A DNA stretch of 64,000 nucleotides, taken from contig JAGVXA010000006.1 in assembly GCA_018304025.1 (NCBI GenBank), positions 8,077 through 72,076 on the forward strand, in the 5' to 3' direction. The DNA is from Candidatus Pacearchaeota archaeon. Its GTDB lineage: Archaea > Nanobdellota > Nanobdellia > Pacearchaeales > GW2011-AR1. Shown piece by piece: positions 9,125-19,284 of this stretch; the stretch's first letter is position 1; each line of letters begins with the position of its first letter. The notes beneath the pieces were generated by a model. That model made no database searches. It was not told the origin of the DNA and saw only the letters and a program-made list of their open reading frames with translations. The translations under genes and the position numbers were made by a program.

Positions 9125-10266
9125 AATCCAAACTTCCTCAACTCAACACTCTTCCTCTTCTTCTGAACATCAGCCAAGAATTCATTAATCTTTTCAATCG
9201 TATATTTCTTCAACTCTCCCGTCGTCATCTCTCCTTTCTTGTACGCCCTCTCAATCTTATTCAACTTAGAATCATCTGGCTCAAAAAACGCCCAGAGATA
9301 TTGAAACGAAACATCAACATCAGGATTACCGCCTAAGCGACGATGCTCTTCCAGCGTATCCCTCCCTCCGGAAAAAGCATATTTATTAATTTTCATTTTA
9401 ACTTCAGCAGGAGAATCAGTCAGAGCAATATACGACGTAGAATCAGAAGCAGACATCTTCCCGCCTTTCAATCCGGGAATAAATTTATGATAAGTCGAAC
9501 TCAAAGGATTAAACTTAAATCCTTTCAATCTCCGCGCCATTCCTCTCGCCAAGCGAATATGGGGGTCTTGGTCAATTCCAACCGGAACCAAAACAGGAAT
9601 TTCTCCCTCAAACTCCGGAAGCTGCGGATGCAGCATATCAGCTCCCTGCAAAAGAGCAGAAACCATTTTGCCCGGCGAAATCTCGCCGTAAACAGCCTTG
9701 AACTCATTAAACGTCGCGTGCCTTGCAAGCAAATTCTGCAATCTATAATAAGCATCCGCTTTCTCCCCCTCTTTCGAACGCTCGCTCTGAAAATAAATCT
9801 CGCAATTCTCCGGCTTCAAGCCCAGAGCAATATAATTCTTAATATATTCTTCAACAGCAATTCTCCTGCTTTCTTCTAAAGACTGCTCGCGCGCATTATA
9901 CGCTTCCAAGTCAGCAACAGCAATATACAATTTAGCCCCAAGTTTCTGGTAAAAAATAAACTGCTGGCAAAGAATCATATGCCCGATATGGAATTTTCCC
10001 GTCGGCATCAAGCCAGTCATCATAACAAATTTTTTCTTTTTCTCGACAGCGTCAGCAATCTGCGCGAAATCCCTGTGCGCAAAAACAATTCCCCTCCTAA
10101 ACAAAACATTATCTGTAAAAACCGAAGGCAAATGCTGCAAAGGTCGAACTCCGAATTCTTTTATCAACTTTGAGTAGTCAACATCTCCCTTAACTTCCCA
10201 CGGAGTAACTTCAAAACCCTTTTTCATTCCCATAAATCGCTTCAAAACCTTATAAACTTGTCGCAT
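9121..10266 (-). CDS. trpS: tryptophanyl-tRNA synthetase (archaeal/eukaryotic type)
   Basis: VTPWEVKGDVDYSKLIKEFG N-terminus, class I HIGH motif (GKFHIGH), KMSAS (KMSKS variant). Confidence 0.85.
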   Translation of the reverse strand: MRQVYKVLKRFMGMKKGFEVTPWEVKGDVDYSKLIKEFGVRPLQHLPSVFTDNVLFRRGIVFAHRDFAQIADAVEKKKKFVMMTGLMPTGKFHIGHMILCQQFIFYQKLGAKLYIAVADLEAYNAREQSLEESRRIAVEEYIKNYIALGLKPENCEIYFQSERSKEGEKADAYYRLQNLLARHATFNEFKAVYGEISPGKMVSALLQGADMLHPQLPEFEGEIPVLVPVGIDQDPHIRLARGMARRLKGFKFNPLSSTYHKFIPGLKGGKMSASDSTSYIALTDSPAEVKMKINKYAFSGGRDTLEEHRRLGGNPDVDVSFQYLWAFFEPDDSKLNKIERAYKKGEMTTGELKKYTIEKINEFLADVQKKRKSVELRKFGF

Positions 10267-10525
10267 TTAATTAATCGTGCACTTACCTTCCTTCGGAAAT
10301 TTCTGTATCATATCAGTTAATCAGTTATCAAATTCTTTTGTCATCATAAAATTCTCGGAAATTAGCCGAAGGCTAATTTCTCGATATTACAACACTAATT
10401 ATTTCCCCAAAATTCTATCTATCTAATTATCTCTCAAAAAAATCTATCCAAATAATCCTCTCCCCTAAAAACCAATTAATTAACATCAAACAAAAATTTA
10501 AATACAAACACTTCCACAAAACAGT

Positions 10526-12457
10526 ATGAACAAAGAGGGAATCTTAATACTCATAGCCTTAATTCTTCTGCCGGCAGTATCAGCAGAAATAATTTCCTCC
10601 CAGCCAAGCTCTCAGTATAACGTCGGAGACCAGTTCAATTTAACAATAGAATTAATCTCCTCAACAGATACAAGAGCATTTTTCATTTCAACTCTAGTTT
10701 GCGACGGAAGAGAAGTCGAGATATACAAATCTCCATTCACTCTAAAACAAGGCGATAAAAAAACAATAAAAATTGAATTGTCGCTGGACAAATTCCTGAT
10801 TGGAGACTCGCAGGGGCAATGCAGCATAAAATCAACATACGACACAGAAGAAGCCGTCTCTTACAGTTTTGAAATAACTTCAAATATTGATACAATAATT
10901 AATATGGAAGGAATAAATTTCAATCCGGGAGAAGAAGTAAAGGCTTCGGGGCAGGCAGTAAAATCCAACGGGCAATTGTTAGACGGGCTTGTAGAAATTT
11001 CTTTTTCAGAAACAGGACTCCACTACGCAAATGAAGTAAAGGCAGGAAAATTCGATTTCAATTTCACTCTTCCAGACAACATAAGGGCAGGGCTTCACGA
11101 CCTTGAAGTAAGCGCTTACGAAAAAGATTCATACGGCGAAATAATAAACTACGGAAATACGAGTACCACAATAAAAGTAAATCAAATACCAAAAAAAATA
11201 GAATTGGAATTCAGTGCTAATACCGTCGTGCCCGGAAACGAATTAACTTACACAGTTCTGGTTGCAGACCAGGCAGGTAATCTTGTCGAAGAAGACGTAG
11301 CCGTTGTAGTCTACAAGCCGGACGAATCTGTCTTTGAAAAAAAACTAGCGAAAGTAAACAAACCAATCTCTATCGCAACAACTTCTGTAACTTCTCCAGG
11401 CTACTGGAAAATCGAATCGACAATGCAGGAATTAACGACGTCAAGAATATTTTACGTCGAAGAGCTGGAACAAGCATCATTCCTTCTGGCAAATACCACA
11501 TTAAGAATAACAAACACAGGAAATGTCCCCTATGAAAAGCCAATTGAAGTTTCTTTCGGCGGAATAAAAGAAATTACAGACATAAAATTAAAACTTAACG
11601 AGTCAAAAGAAATAAGGCTTGTAGCGCCCGACGGCGAATATGAAATTCAGGTTGGCGACGGCGTTCAAAACGCTAATTTCGGAACAGTCGCATTAACCGG
11701 AAACGCAATCGCGCTGAAAGACACGGGCAAGATTATCGCAGGAAGCATCTGGCTCTGGCTCTGGATTTTAATAATTATTATGCTGGCGGCTATCGCAGTC
11801 GTATTAATCCGGCGATATGTAAAAAACAAAAACAAAGTTAGGGGCATTTCTCCAATAAAAGTAAATGTTCCAAGTTCATCAAAAGAATCAGCAAGCAATG
11901 TAATTGATAAAGGAGAAAAACAAGAATCTTCAATAGTCGTGTTAAAGCTGAAAAATTTGGAAGAACTGAATAAATTTGCTCTGCAAGCTGTCGATTCTGC
12001 ATTGTGGAAAGCAAAAGATTCCAAAGCAAAAATTTATTCAGACAGCAATTACAGAATAATAATATTTTCACAGCTGTTGACAAAAACAAAAGAGAATGAT
12101 TACAAGGCAATTTCTCTGGCTCAAACTCTTGAAAGAACTCTCGAACAATATAATAAACACTCCCAGCAAAAAATCAACTTCGGCATCGGAGTTCATAACG
12201 GGGAGTTGATAGTTGAATCAAAAGATGGAAAATTCAAATTTACTTCTTTGGGCACAGCAATAACTCTTCCAAAAAGAATCTCCTCGCACGCAAATAGCGA
12301 AGTCCTTCTCTCCGAAGTCGTGCACAGAAAAACCTCTGCAAAAGTAAAAGCAGAAAAAATTCACAACGCAAATCTCTGGAAAATAAAAAGAATCATTGAT
12401 CGCAGCCAGCACGAAGAATACATCAATAAGTTTATGAAAAAACAGCACGAAAAATGA
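10526..12457 (+). CDS. surface receptor-like protein: signal peptide, Ig-like ectodomain, one TM, cytoplasmic class III cyclase-like (probably degenerate) domain
   Basis: Signal peptide LILIALILLPAVSA; TM GSIWLWLWILIIIMLAAIAVVLI. The C-terminal INFGIGVHNGELIV...TSLGTAITLPKRISSHANSEVLLSEVV resembles the GIHxGxV...G..VN.A.R...A....i..S blocks of nucleotidyl cyclases. Confidence 0.6.
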   Translation: MNKEGILILIALILLPAVSAEIISSQPSSQYNVGDQFNLTIELISSTDTRAFFISTLVCDGREVEIYKSPFTLKQGDKKTIKIELSLDKFLIGDSQGQCSIKSTYDTEEAVSYSFEITSNIDTIINMEGINFNPGEEVKASGQAVKSNGQLLDGLVEISFSETGLHYANEVKAGKFDFNFTLPDNIRAGLHDLEVSAYEKDSYGEIINYGNTSTTIKVNQIPKKIELEFSANTVVPGNELTYTVLVADQAGNLVEEDVAVVVYKPDESVFEKKLAKVNKPISIATTSVTSPGYWKIESTMQELTTSRIFYVEELEQASFLLANTTLRITNTGNVPYEKPIEVSFGGIKEITDIKLKLNESKEIRLVAPDGEYEIQVGDGVQNANFGTVALTGNAIALKDTGKIIAGSIWLWLWILIIIMLAAIAVVLIRRYVKNKNKVRGISPIKVNVPSSSKESASNVIDKGEKQESSIVVLKLKNLEELNKFALQAVDSALWKAKDSKAKIYSDSNYRIIIFSQLLTKTKENDYKAISLAQTLERTLEQYNKHSQQKINFGIGVHNGELIVESKDGKFKFTSLGTAITLPKRISSHANSEVLLSEVVHRKTSAKVKAEKIHNANLWKIKRIIDRSQHEEYINKFMKKQHEK

Positions 12458-13080
12458 TTAAACTAATTATTTTTGATTTCGACGGAACATTAGTAGATAC
12501 AAAGGAAATGATTTTTAAAATAATTAAAGATACCTTTAACAAATTTAATTATCAGATAACTTCCGCCTTAATTAAAGAACATCTCGGAAACAGCCCAATA
12601 AGAGGAACGCTGAAACACCTGGGAATTAACCAAAAACATATAGAATCCGTCGTCAGTCATTCAAACGCGCAGACAATAAAATTATCTAAAAAAATCAAGC
12701 AGGCAGAATCTCTTTTAGTCTTGAAAAAATTAAAGCAAAATAAAATAATCCTTTCAAATAATGTCTCGCAATTTATTAACGCAGTATTGGAGAATCTTGG
12801 CATAACTTTTTTCGACAAAGTTTACGGAGCAGAGGATTTTGAAACAAAAGAACAGAAAATAAAGCAAATCATGAAAAAAGAAAAACTGTTTCCAAACGAA
12901 ATTATTTACGTCGGGGACAAAACCGTTGATGTTGACGTAGCAAGAAGCGTCAGGTGTGTTTCAGTGATTATTTCCCATAAAGCGTCTTGGAGCACAAGAA
13001 AAGAAGTCGCCGCAAAGCACCCAGATTTTATTATCAAAGATTTTTCCGAATTACCGAAGATAGTTAACGAGTTGAATTAA
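12454..13080 (+). CDS. HAD-superfamily phosphatase
   Basis: IIFDFDGTLVDT (motif I) and VGDKTVDVDVA (motif IV). ATGA overlap with the upstream gene. Confidence 0.8.
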   Translation: MIKLIIFDFDGTLVDTKEMIFKIIKDTFNKFNYQITSALIKEHLGNSPIRGTLKHLGINQKHIESVVSHSNAQTIKLSKKIKQAESLLVLKKLKQNKIILSNNVSQFINAVLENLGITFFDKVYGAEDFETKEQKIKQIMKKEKLFPNEIIYVGDKTVDVDVARSVRCVSVIISHKASWSTRKEVAAKHPDFIIKDFSELPKIVNELN

Positions 13081-13110
13081 ATTTATAAAGAGCAATCATT
13101 TACCCAAATC

Positions 13111-13365
13111 ATGGGCGATGCTTTAAGACACAACGGAAAAGATTTAGGTTGGATTCATTCTTATACTGGAGACAGCACGAAAAAATTCGATTTAGAAATG
13201 GAAGGAATCAGCGGAATTGAACAACTGTTCAGATTATCCGACGAAGAAACTTTAGAAGTTGAAGGAATGCCTCCCATGACTTTCAGAGAATTCAAAACTA
13301 AAATTTTAAGAAGAACAAAAAGAATTTATTTATTCCCTCACGAATATGGTTTAAATCTTCACTAA
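13111..13365 (+). CDS. hypothetical protein
   Basis: ORF only, 84 aa. Confidence 0.35.
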   Translation: MGDALRHNGKDLGWIHSYTGDSTKKFDLEMEGISGIEQLFRLSDEETLEVEGMPPMTFREFKTKILRRTKRIYLFPHEYGLNLH

Positions 13366-13677
13366 TTCCTCCCCATCAATATAATACCCTTCGTGCCCTT
13401 CTGTCTCCTCGCCAAACATATCAACTAGCCAGTTCGTTCTCTTCTCATCTAGTTGTATTTCTTTAGATTTTCTCAATGCAAAAGCTTTCAAGCATTTGAC
13501 GCAGCAATGGTGAATTTTCCCCTCTTCAACTTCGCTGACAGCGCAGGCATTTCTCTTCGCAAAATTTTCCAGCTCAGCTAATAAACTATCGGGCAAGCCA
13601 TGCAATATTATCCTGCCCCCAGTTCCTTCTAAAGAAACCGCATGTTCAAGCGCAGGATAAGATTTTTTAAGAATCAT
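13351..13677 (-). CDS. hypothetical protein
   Basis: ORF only, 108 aa; contains HHCCVKC. Confidence 0.4.
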   Translation of the reverse strand: MILKKSYPALEHAVSLEGTGGRIILHGLPDSLLAELENFAKRNACAVSEVEEGKIHHCCVKCLKAFALRKSKEIQLDEKRTNWLVDMFGEETEGHEGYYIDGEELVKI

Positions 13678-14007
13678 TTTGATGTCCTCGCAAGAAACCC
13701 AGAATTTTTGGATTACTTGCAGAATGGCAGAGTAAAAATAGATTTAGAACTATAAGAAAAACTGCACACCATCCAACTTGCTATTCTATTTCCTCTTTGC
13801 ATAATATACCAACTCAATCAAACTTTAAATACATTATGGTTTCAAGATATTGTAAGAATAGCAGTAATTATACATCTTAATTAAATTTCAGGATTTATTA
13901 ATCAGAAGAATATACCGACGAGCAATACAAGTTCAAGATAACTATCTCTCAAATTCCCCCAAATAAAAAATTTCACGCCCCATTAAGTTGACAATATCTG
14001 ATTTCAA

Positions 14008-15045
14008 TTATTCAAATTTCATATAATCACAATGCAATTCTTCCCCGCCATCCCACTGGTCAACACGAAGATAAACAGCTTGCGATGTTACTGTCTCGCC
14101 TAGCGGCAAACCAACGCCGGTAGTTTCAGTTCCGTCAAAATGGAATGTTCTCAACGAACTTTCACTATAAAAATAATCATCTCCGTTGATGTTAATTTTT
14201 CTCTCGCCAGAAGAAATACTTGCAGGCGCGACGCTAATCTTAAATCCGCCCTTATTCCACATTCCCAATAATTTGATTTTATCAAAAGAAGATTTTTGAG
14301 TCGTTGCTATAATATCTGTTGCTCCGCCCCTTACAAATAAATAATCTCTATCCTGGGCGCCAGCAAGACTCAGCCAGTCTCCGCCGCTATTTCCTTGAAC
14401 GTCAGCTTCGTAAGCATAAGGGTTGCTGTTATTTACAGGAGGCAATTCCAAACCTCCGGTTTTCAAGCAGTCGATATGAATCGTATCTGACGAAAATCCA
14501 TAAAGAGGATAAGCTTCAATTTTTACAATTCTTTCATTGCCTCGCCCGATATTAAATCTTATGTCTTTGTCAGAAGAATCGCCCCAAGGATTAGGATTGA
14601 TTTTTTTTTCATCTGTTCTTTCGGAATTAACTGCATACTTCACCGGACCAAGGCCTGCAAGCACAACAGGAGTAACTGCACTGCATTTGACATTCAAAGC
14701 AGCGTGATAGTGGTTTTTTATCCGAATAGTCGAAAACTCTTTGCCAAAACCCACGATTAATTCCAATGGGCTTTCCTTCGTGCATTCAAAAAAACCATAC
14801 TCTCCGTCTCCATTATTCAGGATTTTTTCTTCATCACTAAAAGTATTGTTGCTGTTATAAAATTTATTAGCGTATTTGCTGTTTGATTTCGGCGGCAAAG
14901 AAGCGTCATAGCCATAAGCGTCTTGAATCGGTTCAATATACTCGCTTCCCGGAAGAAAACCAATAACATCCGAGCAGCTCTGCCCAAACGCTCCCGCAAT
15001 AGCTGCAATCAATCCAAATTTAGCGAATCTTCCAGCTCTTTTCAT
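14008..15045 (-). CDS. secreted hypothetical protein
   Basis: N-terminal signal MKRAGRFAKFGLIAAIAGAFGQSC; 345 aa, beta-rich composition. Confidence 0.6.
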   Translation of the reverse strand: MKRAGRFAKFGLIAAIAGAFGQSCSDVIGFLPGSEYIEPIQDAYGYDASLPPKSNSKYANKFYNSNNTFSDEEKILNNGDGEYGFFECTKESPLELIVGFGKEFSTIRIKNHYHAALNVKCSAVTPVVLAGLGPVKYAVNSERTDEKKINPNPWGDSSDKDIRFNIGRGNERIVKIEAYPLYGFSSDTIHIDCLKTGGLELPPVNNSNPYAYEADVQGNSGGDWLSLAGAQDRDYLFVRGGATDIIATTQKSSFDKIKLLGMWNKGGFKISVAPASISSGERKININGDDYFYSESSLRTFHFDGTETTGVGLPLGETVTSQAVYLRVDQWDGGEELHCDYMKFE

Positions 15046-15306
15046 TCTGTTTCTTAGATATTAAACTATTTTAATTTTTCCAATTCTATCTCCATGACAA
15101 GATACTGTAAACTTTTCGGGATAAACCTTCAAGTCGTTATATCTTAATTTGTTTTAAACTTCCAAAAGTATGTCAATAACGACGATAAATCAAATTCAGA
15201 TAATTATTTATAATTCTTTCTTTACTCTGCAAAAATAATTCCCCAAACCAATTCTATCTCCAAGAACAATCAAACTTATAAACTCCTCTTCCTAATATCT
15301 ATTTTG

Positions 15307-16233
15307 ATGAAACTAAAGCATCTTATAGAATCCCAGCAATTAACCGTAGATATTCTCTCTGAATTATTCTCCGTCGCCGATGACATGCGCGCCAACCCAA
15401 AAAAATATTCCGATTCTCTAAAAGGAAAAATTCTTGCAGCGCTTTTTTACGAACCCTCCACAAGAACTCGTTTTTCTTTTGAATCAGCAATTTTAAAATT
15501 AGGCGGGCAGGTTATCGGGACAGAAAACGCGAAAGAATTTTCATCAGCTGTCAAGGGAGAATCCCTGGAAGATTCAATAAGAATAATCTCAGCATATGCA
15601 GACGTGATAGCAATGAGGCACGATGAAGAAGGCTCGGCGAAAAGAGCCTCAGAAGTTTCTTCAGTTCCAATAATCAACGCCGGCGACGGAAAAGGCCAGC
15701 ATCCAACCCAGGCGCTTCTCGACGCATACACAATAAAAAGAGAATTTAATCGTCTGAATAATTTAAAAATTGCAATGGTAGGAGACTTGTCTTCCGGCAG
15801 GACAGTTCGTTCTCTTTGTTATCTCCTGGCAAAATTCAAAGAAGGCATAGAAATAATTTTTGTCTCTCCAGAACATCTGCGAATGCGCGGCGACATAAAA
15901 GAATACCTCCAAAAGCACGATGTTCCCTTCAGAGAATCTTCTGACTTGAATTCTGTCTTGCAGCAGGCAGATATAATTTATATGACTCGAATTCAAAAAG
16001 AAAGAATGTCTTTGGAAGATTACGAAAAAGCAAAAGGAAAATTCATAATTAACAAAGAGAATTTTAATTTAATCAAACCAACCGCAAGAATTCTTCATCC
16101 ATTGCCCCACGTCGAAGAAATTGATCTTCCAATTGAAACAGAAAAACAAGACAAGAGAGTCGCATATTTTAGGCAGGCAGAAAACGGGCTTTATGCGAGG
16201 ATGGCTTTGCTCTTGCATTTGCTCAAGGACTGA
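15307..16233 (+). CDS. pyrB: aspartate carbamoyltransferase catalytic subunit
   Basis: STRTRFSFE carbamoyl-phosphate motif, HPTQALLD, HPLP. ATG at 15307 (the track starts one codon earlier at TTG). Confidence 0.9.
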   Translation: MKLKHLIESQQLTVDILSELFSVADDMRANPKKYSDSLKGKILAALFYEPSTRTRFSFESAILKLGGQVIGTENAKEFSSAVKGESLEDSIRIISAYADVIAMRHDEEGSAKRASEVSSVPIINAGDGKGQHPTQALLDAYTIKREFNRLNNLKIAMVGDLSSGRTVRSLCYLLAKFKEGIEIIFVSPEHLRMRGDIKEYLQKHDVPFRESSDLNSVLQQADIIYMTRIQKERMSLEDYEKAKGKFIINKENFNLIKPTARILHPLPHVEEIDLPIETEKQDKRVAYFRQAENGLYARMALLLHLLKD

Positions 16234-16253
16234 AATTTTCATATTATCAAATT

Positions 16254-16290
16254 TATATATCAATATCGAATCCAAGATAATATTCTCTTC
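16254..16290. repeat. intergenic direct repeat, copy 1
   Basis: tatatatcaatatcgaatccaagataatattctcttc; near-identical to 16347..16382. Confidence 0.7.
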
Positions 16291-16346
16291 TATTTCTTAT
16301 TTCAAATGCATGCTTTTTCAAGATAATTTCTCCCCAATAAAAAATC

Positions 16347-16382
16347 TATATCTCAATATCGAATCCAACATAATTTCTCTTC
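16347..16382. repeat. intergenic direct repeat, copy 2
   Basis: tatatctcaatatcgaatccaacataatttctcttc. Confidence 0.7.
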
Positions 16383-16401
16383 GAACTTCATGTTCTAATA
16401 A

Positions 16402-17142
16402 CTACTTCTTCTTCTTTAACAAATCAAATATCTCTTCTGGAAAAGGCATTACAATCGTAGAATTCTTTTCCTCAGCAATATCATTAAGCGTCTGATAAAA
16501 TCTCAGTTTCATCGCGGAAGAAGATTTTTCAATTATCTTCCCAGCCTCAAGAAGTTTTTGAGCCGCCTGTTTCTCCGCCTCAGCATTAATTACTCTCGCT
16601 CTTCTGTCTCTTTCAGCCTCAGCCTGATGAGCCATCGCCCTCTTCATGTTCTCAGGCAGTTCAATATCTTTTATTTTTACATCTGTAACTTTTATTCCCC
16701 AAGGGTCTGTTTCGTCGTCAACAATCTTCTGAACCTGATTTCCAATTTCTTCTCTCTTCGCCAAAACAGTATCAAGCTCAGCTTTTCCCGCCATGTCTCT
16801 CAGCGCAGATTGAGCAAGCTGTGAAATAGCGAAGGCATAATCTTCAACTTCAAGAATAGCATTCTCAGAATTAGTAACTCTGTAAAAAACAACGCCGTTA
16901 ACTTTCATGGGAACATTGTCTTTTGTAATGACTTCCTGCGAAGGAATATCGACGGCAACAACTCTTATATCTACTTTTTCTACTCTTTCAACAAGCGGGA
17001 TAATCCATCGAAGCCCTGGCTGCAATGTCCTGACATATTTTCCAAGTCTGAACTTAACAGCTCTTTCGTATTGATTCACCACTCTAATTCCTAATACAAC
17101 AATCAAAAAAACTAACGAGCCAATTATCCATCCAACTACCAT
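16402..17142 (-). CDS. SPFH/band-7 (stomatin/prohibitin-like) protein
   Basis: N-terminal TM, then YERAVKFRLGKY...VDIRV...ITKDNVPMKVNGVVFYRV, typical of the stomatin family. Confidence 0.85.
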   Translation of the reverse strand: MVVGWIIGSLVFLIVVLGIRVVNQYERAVKFRLGKYVRTLQPGLRWIIPLVERVEKVDIRVVAVDIPSQEVITKDNVPMKVNGVVFYRVTNSENAILEVEDYAFAISQLAQSALRDMAGKAELDTVLAKREEIGNQVQKIVDDETDPWGIKVTDVKIKDIELPENMKRAMAHQAEAERDRRARVINAEAEKQAAQKLLEAGKIIEKSSSAMKLRFYQTLNDIAEEKNSTIVMPFPEEIFDLLKKKK

Positions 17143-17197
17143 ATTTTTCCAAATAATTGTCCCTATTTAAACCTTCTCAAAAGTTTCTGAAAATTAA

Positions 17198-18100
17198 TTA
17201 CATCCTCCCCAATTTCTCAATTCTCACATCAATCGGCGGATGTGTGCTAAACAATCCAGAAATCTTTTTCTTGAAAGGATCAGAAATAAACAACGGCGCA
17301 ACAGCTTTCGGAAATTTTTTCGTCTCGCGAATTTCAACATGCTCTCTCTTGATTTTTTCCAAAGCTTTCTTCAATCCGGGCGGATATCTCGTGAACTTGA
17401 CAGCAGTTGAATCAGCGCCGAATTCTCTCCGTCGCGAAATTGCTAAAGAAACAAGCTGCGCAGCAATTGGCGCAAGTATCGCAGCGATTACAGCGGCAAG
17501 CATAATCAACAATCCTGCTTTGCTGTCTCTATCGTCGTTCCCAGCAAACCACAAGTTCCTCAAAAACATCTGCGCAATAATTGAAATCATTCCAACCAGA
17601 ACAGCAGTCAAAGTCATAAATCTAATGTCATAATTTGCAATGTGCGACATCTCGTGTGCAATCACTCCCTCTAATTCCTGCTTGTCTAATTTTTCAATTG
17701 CCCCCGAAGTAGCGCAAATAACAGCATTCTCAGGATTTCTTCCCGACGCAAACGCATTTATTTCAGAAGAATTCATAACATACAATTTCGGCACAGGCAG
17801 TCCTGATGCTAAAGCCATATTTTCCGCAGCATTGATAAATTTAGAATGCTCAGCCCGATTCGCAGCCCGCGCATTTACAGACGCCAAAGCAATCTTGTCA
17901 GAATAATAATATCCAACCCAAATATAAACTAAAGAAAATATCGTCGCAAAGATTGTTATGACAAAAAAATAAGAAGGGTCGAGCGCAAGCGCAATCAAGT
18001 ATCCAACAAGAATAAAGAACACAAATATAATAACGATTAGAAAAAATGATTTCAGTTTATTTCTTCTTATGTCGTCCTCAAAATGTATTCTTTCTGCCAT
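17198..18100 (-). CDS. htpX: M48 zinc metalloprotease HtpX
   Basis: HEMSHIANYD (HExxH), four TM segments, C-terminal FSTHPPIDVRI. Confidence 0.85.
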   Translation of the reverse strand: MAERIHFEDDIRRNKLKSFFLIVIIFVFFILVGYLIALALDPSYFFVITIFATIFSLVYIWVGYYYSDKIALASVNARAANRAEHSKFINAAENMALASGLPVPKLYVMNSSEINAFASGRNPENAVICATSGAIEKLDKQELEGVIAHEMSHIANYDIRFMTLTAVLVGMISIIAQMFLRNLWFAGNDDRDSKAGLLIMLAAVIAAILAPIAAQLVSLAISRRREFGADSTAVKFTRYPPGLKKALEKIKREHVEIRETKKFPKAVAPLFISDPFKKKISGLFSTHPPIDVRIEKLGRM

Positions 18101-18141
18101 GTTTTAATTAAAACGAATCTGCTTAAAAAACTTTACTCCAA

Positions 18142-18696
18142 TTAAAATTCAACTTTCGGAACAGCCTTTTCTTCCGTCGGAATATTAAACTGCGGCTTTT
18201 CTTTCTTCCCAAAAATCTTCGCAAAGAAAGCTCCGGGGAATACCTCTACAGAATTATTGTAAACCAATATCGAATCAGTGTAGAACTGCCTTGAATAAGC
18301 AATTTTGTCCTCGATAGCAGCAAGTTCTTGCTGCAAGTGTAAAAAGTTTTCGTTTGCTTTCAATTGCGGATAATTTTCAGCAATCGCAAAAATACTTTTC
18401 AGCGCTTCCTGCAGTTGGCTGCCTGCTTTCATTCTTCCCTTCAAATCTTTTGCGCCAAGCAAAGCTTTTCGCGCGTTAGTGACTTCTGTCATGATTCCTT
18501 TTTCGTGCTTCGCATATCCTTTGACGGTATTAATTAAATTGGGAACTAAGTCAGCTCTTCGTTTCAGCTGAACATCAATCTGCGCCAGCGAATTATCAAT
18601 TCTGTTGTCGAGAACAACGAACCTGTTGTAATAGAAAATAAACATAACTACAAGTAAAGCAATCAGGATAATTATAAGCCATATTGCCCAAATCAT
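18142..18696 (-). CDS. lemA: LemA family protein
   Basis: N-terminal TM + YNRFVVLDNRIDNSLAQIDVQLKRRADLVPNL...ENYPQLKANENF, canonical LemA blocks. Confidence 0.85.
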   Translation of the reverse strand: MIWAIWLIIILIALLVVMFIFYYNRFVVLDNRIDNSLAQIDVQLKRRADLVPNLINTVKGYAKHEKGIMTEVTNARKALLGAKDLKGRMKAGSQLQEALKSIFAIAENYPQLKANENFLHLQQELAAIEDKIAYSRQFYTDSILVYNNSVEVFPGAFFAKIFGKKEKPQFNIPTEEKAVPKVEF

Positions 18697-18841
18697 TCTT
18701 TCATTAAGTTTTTCTCTTTTTTAAATCTTATGATAATCTTCTCTTCGCAACTCTGCAGAAAAACAAAGATTTAAAAATAATCTATGAATAATAGTTCACA
18801 GGTGATGGTAAAGAATCGCCTTAGAATTCTGGAAGATTAAA

Positions 18842-19165
18842 ATGAAAAAACAAAAAGCCACAAAAAACTATTGCAATCCATCAGAAGGATGCAAACAAAA
18901 TGCAGAATCTGAAGAAAGAGGATTACATCAAAGATTAACAGAATTAGGATACGAAAAAGTTATGGAAATATACAGCGACGCTGGAGAAGATCCTAAAATT
19001 ACTAGAGAATACAGACAAAGCATAGGGGATTCGATTTTAGATAACTTAAGATTGAAGATTAGATTTGCAATTATTCCTGCGGAATTGGTTCCGGAAGCAG
19101 CTAGTGTTGGTACATATTTACCCCACACCTGCATCTTTTATCAAATAAAAACTAAAAGAGAGTAA
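18842..19165 (+). CDS. hypothetical protein
   Basis: ORF only. Confidence 0.35.
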   Translation: MKKQKATKNYCNPSEGCKQNAESEERGLHQRLTELGYEKVMEIYSDAGEDPKITREYRQSIGDSILDNLRLKIRFAIIPAELVPEAASVGTYLPHTCIFYQIKTKRE

Positions 19166-19284
19166 CTCGTTACAGAGAGTTGTCTTTTGGATATGTTTGT
19201 TTATACATGCTTTTTTGATTTACTTCTTCCAACCCACTAAATAAAAATAGAAAAGCATTAAAATCCCATTTATCTTAATACAGC

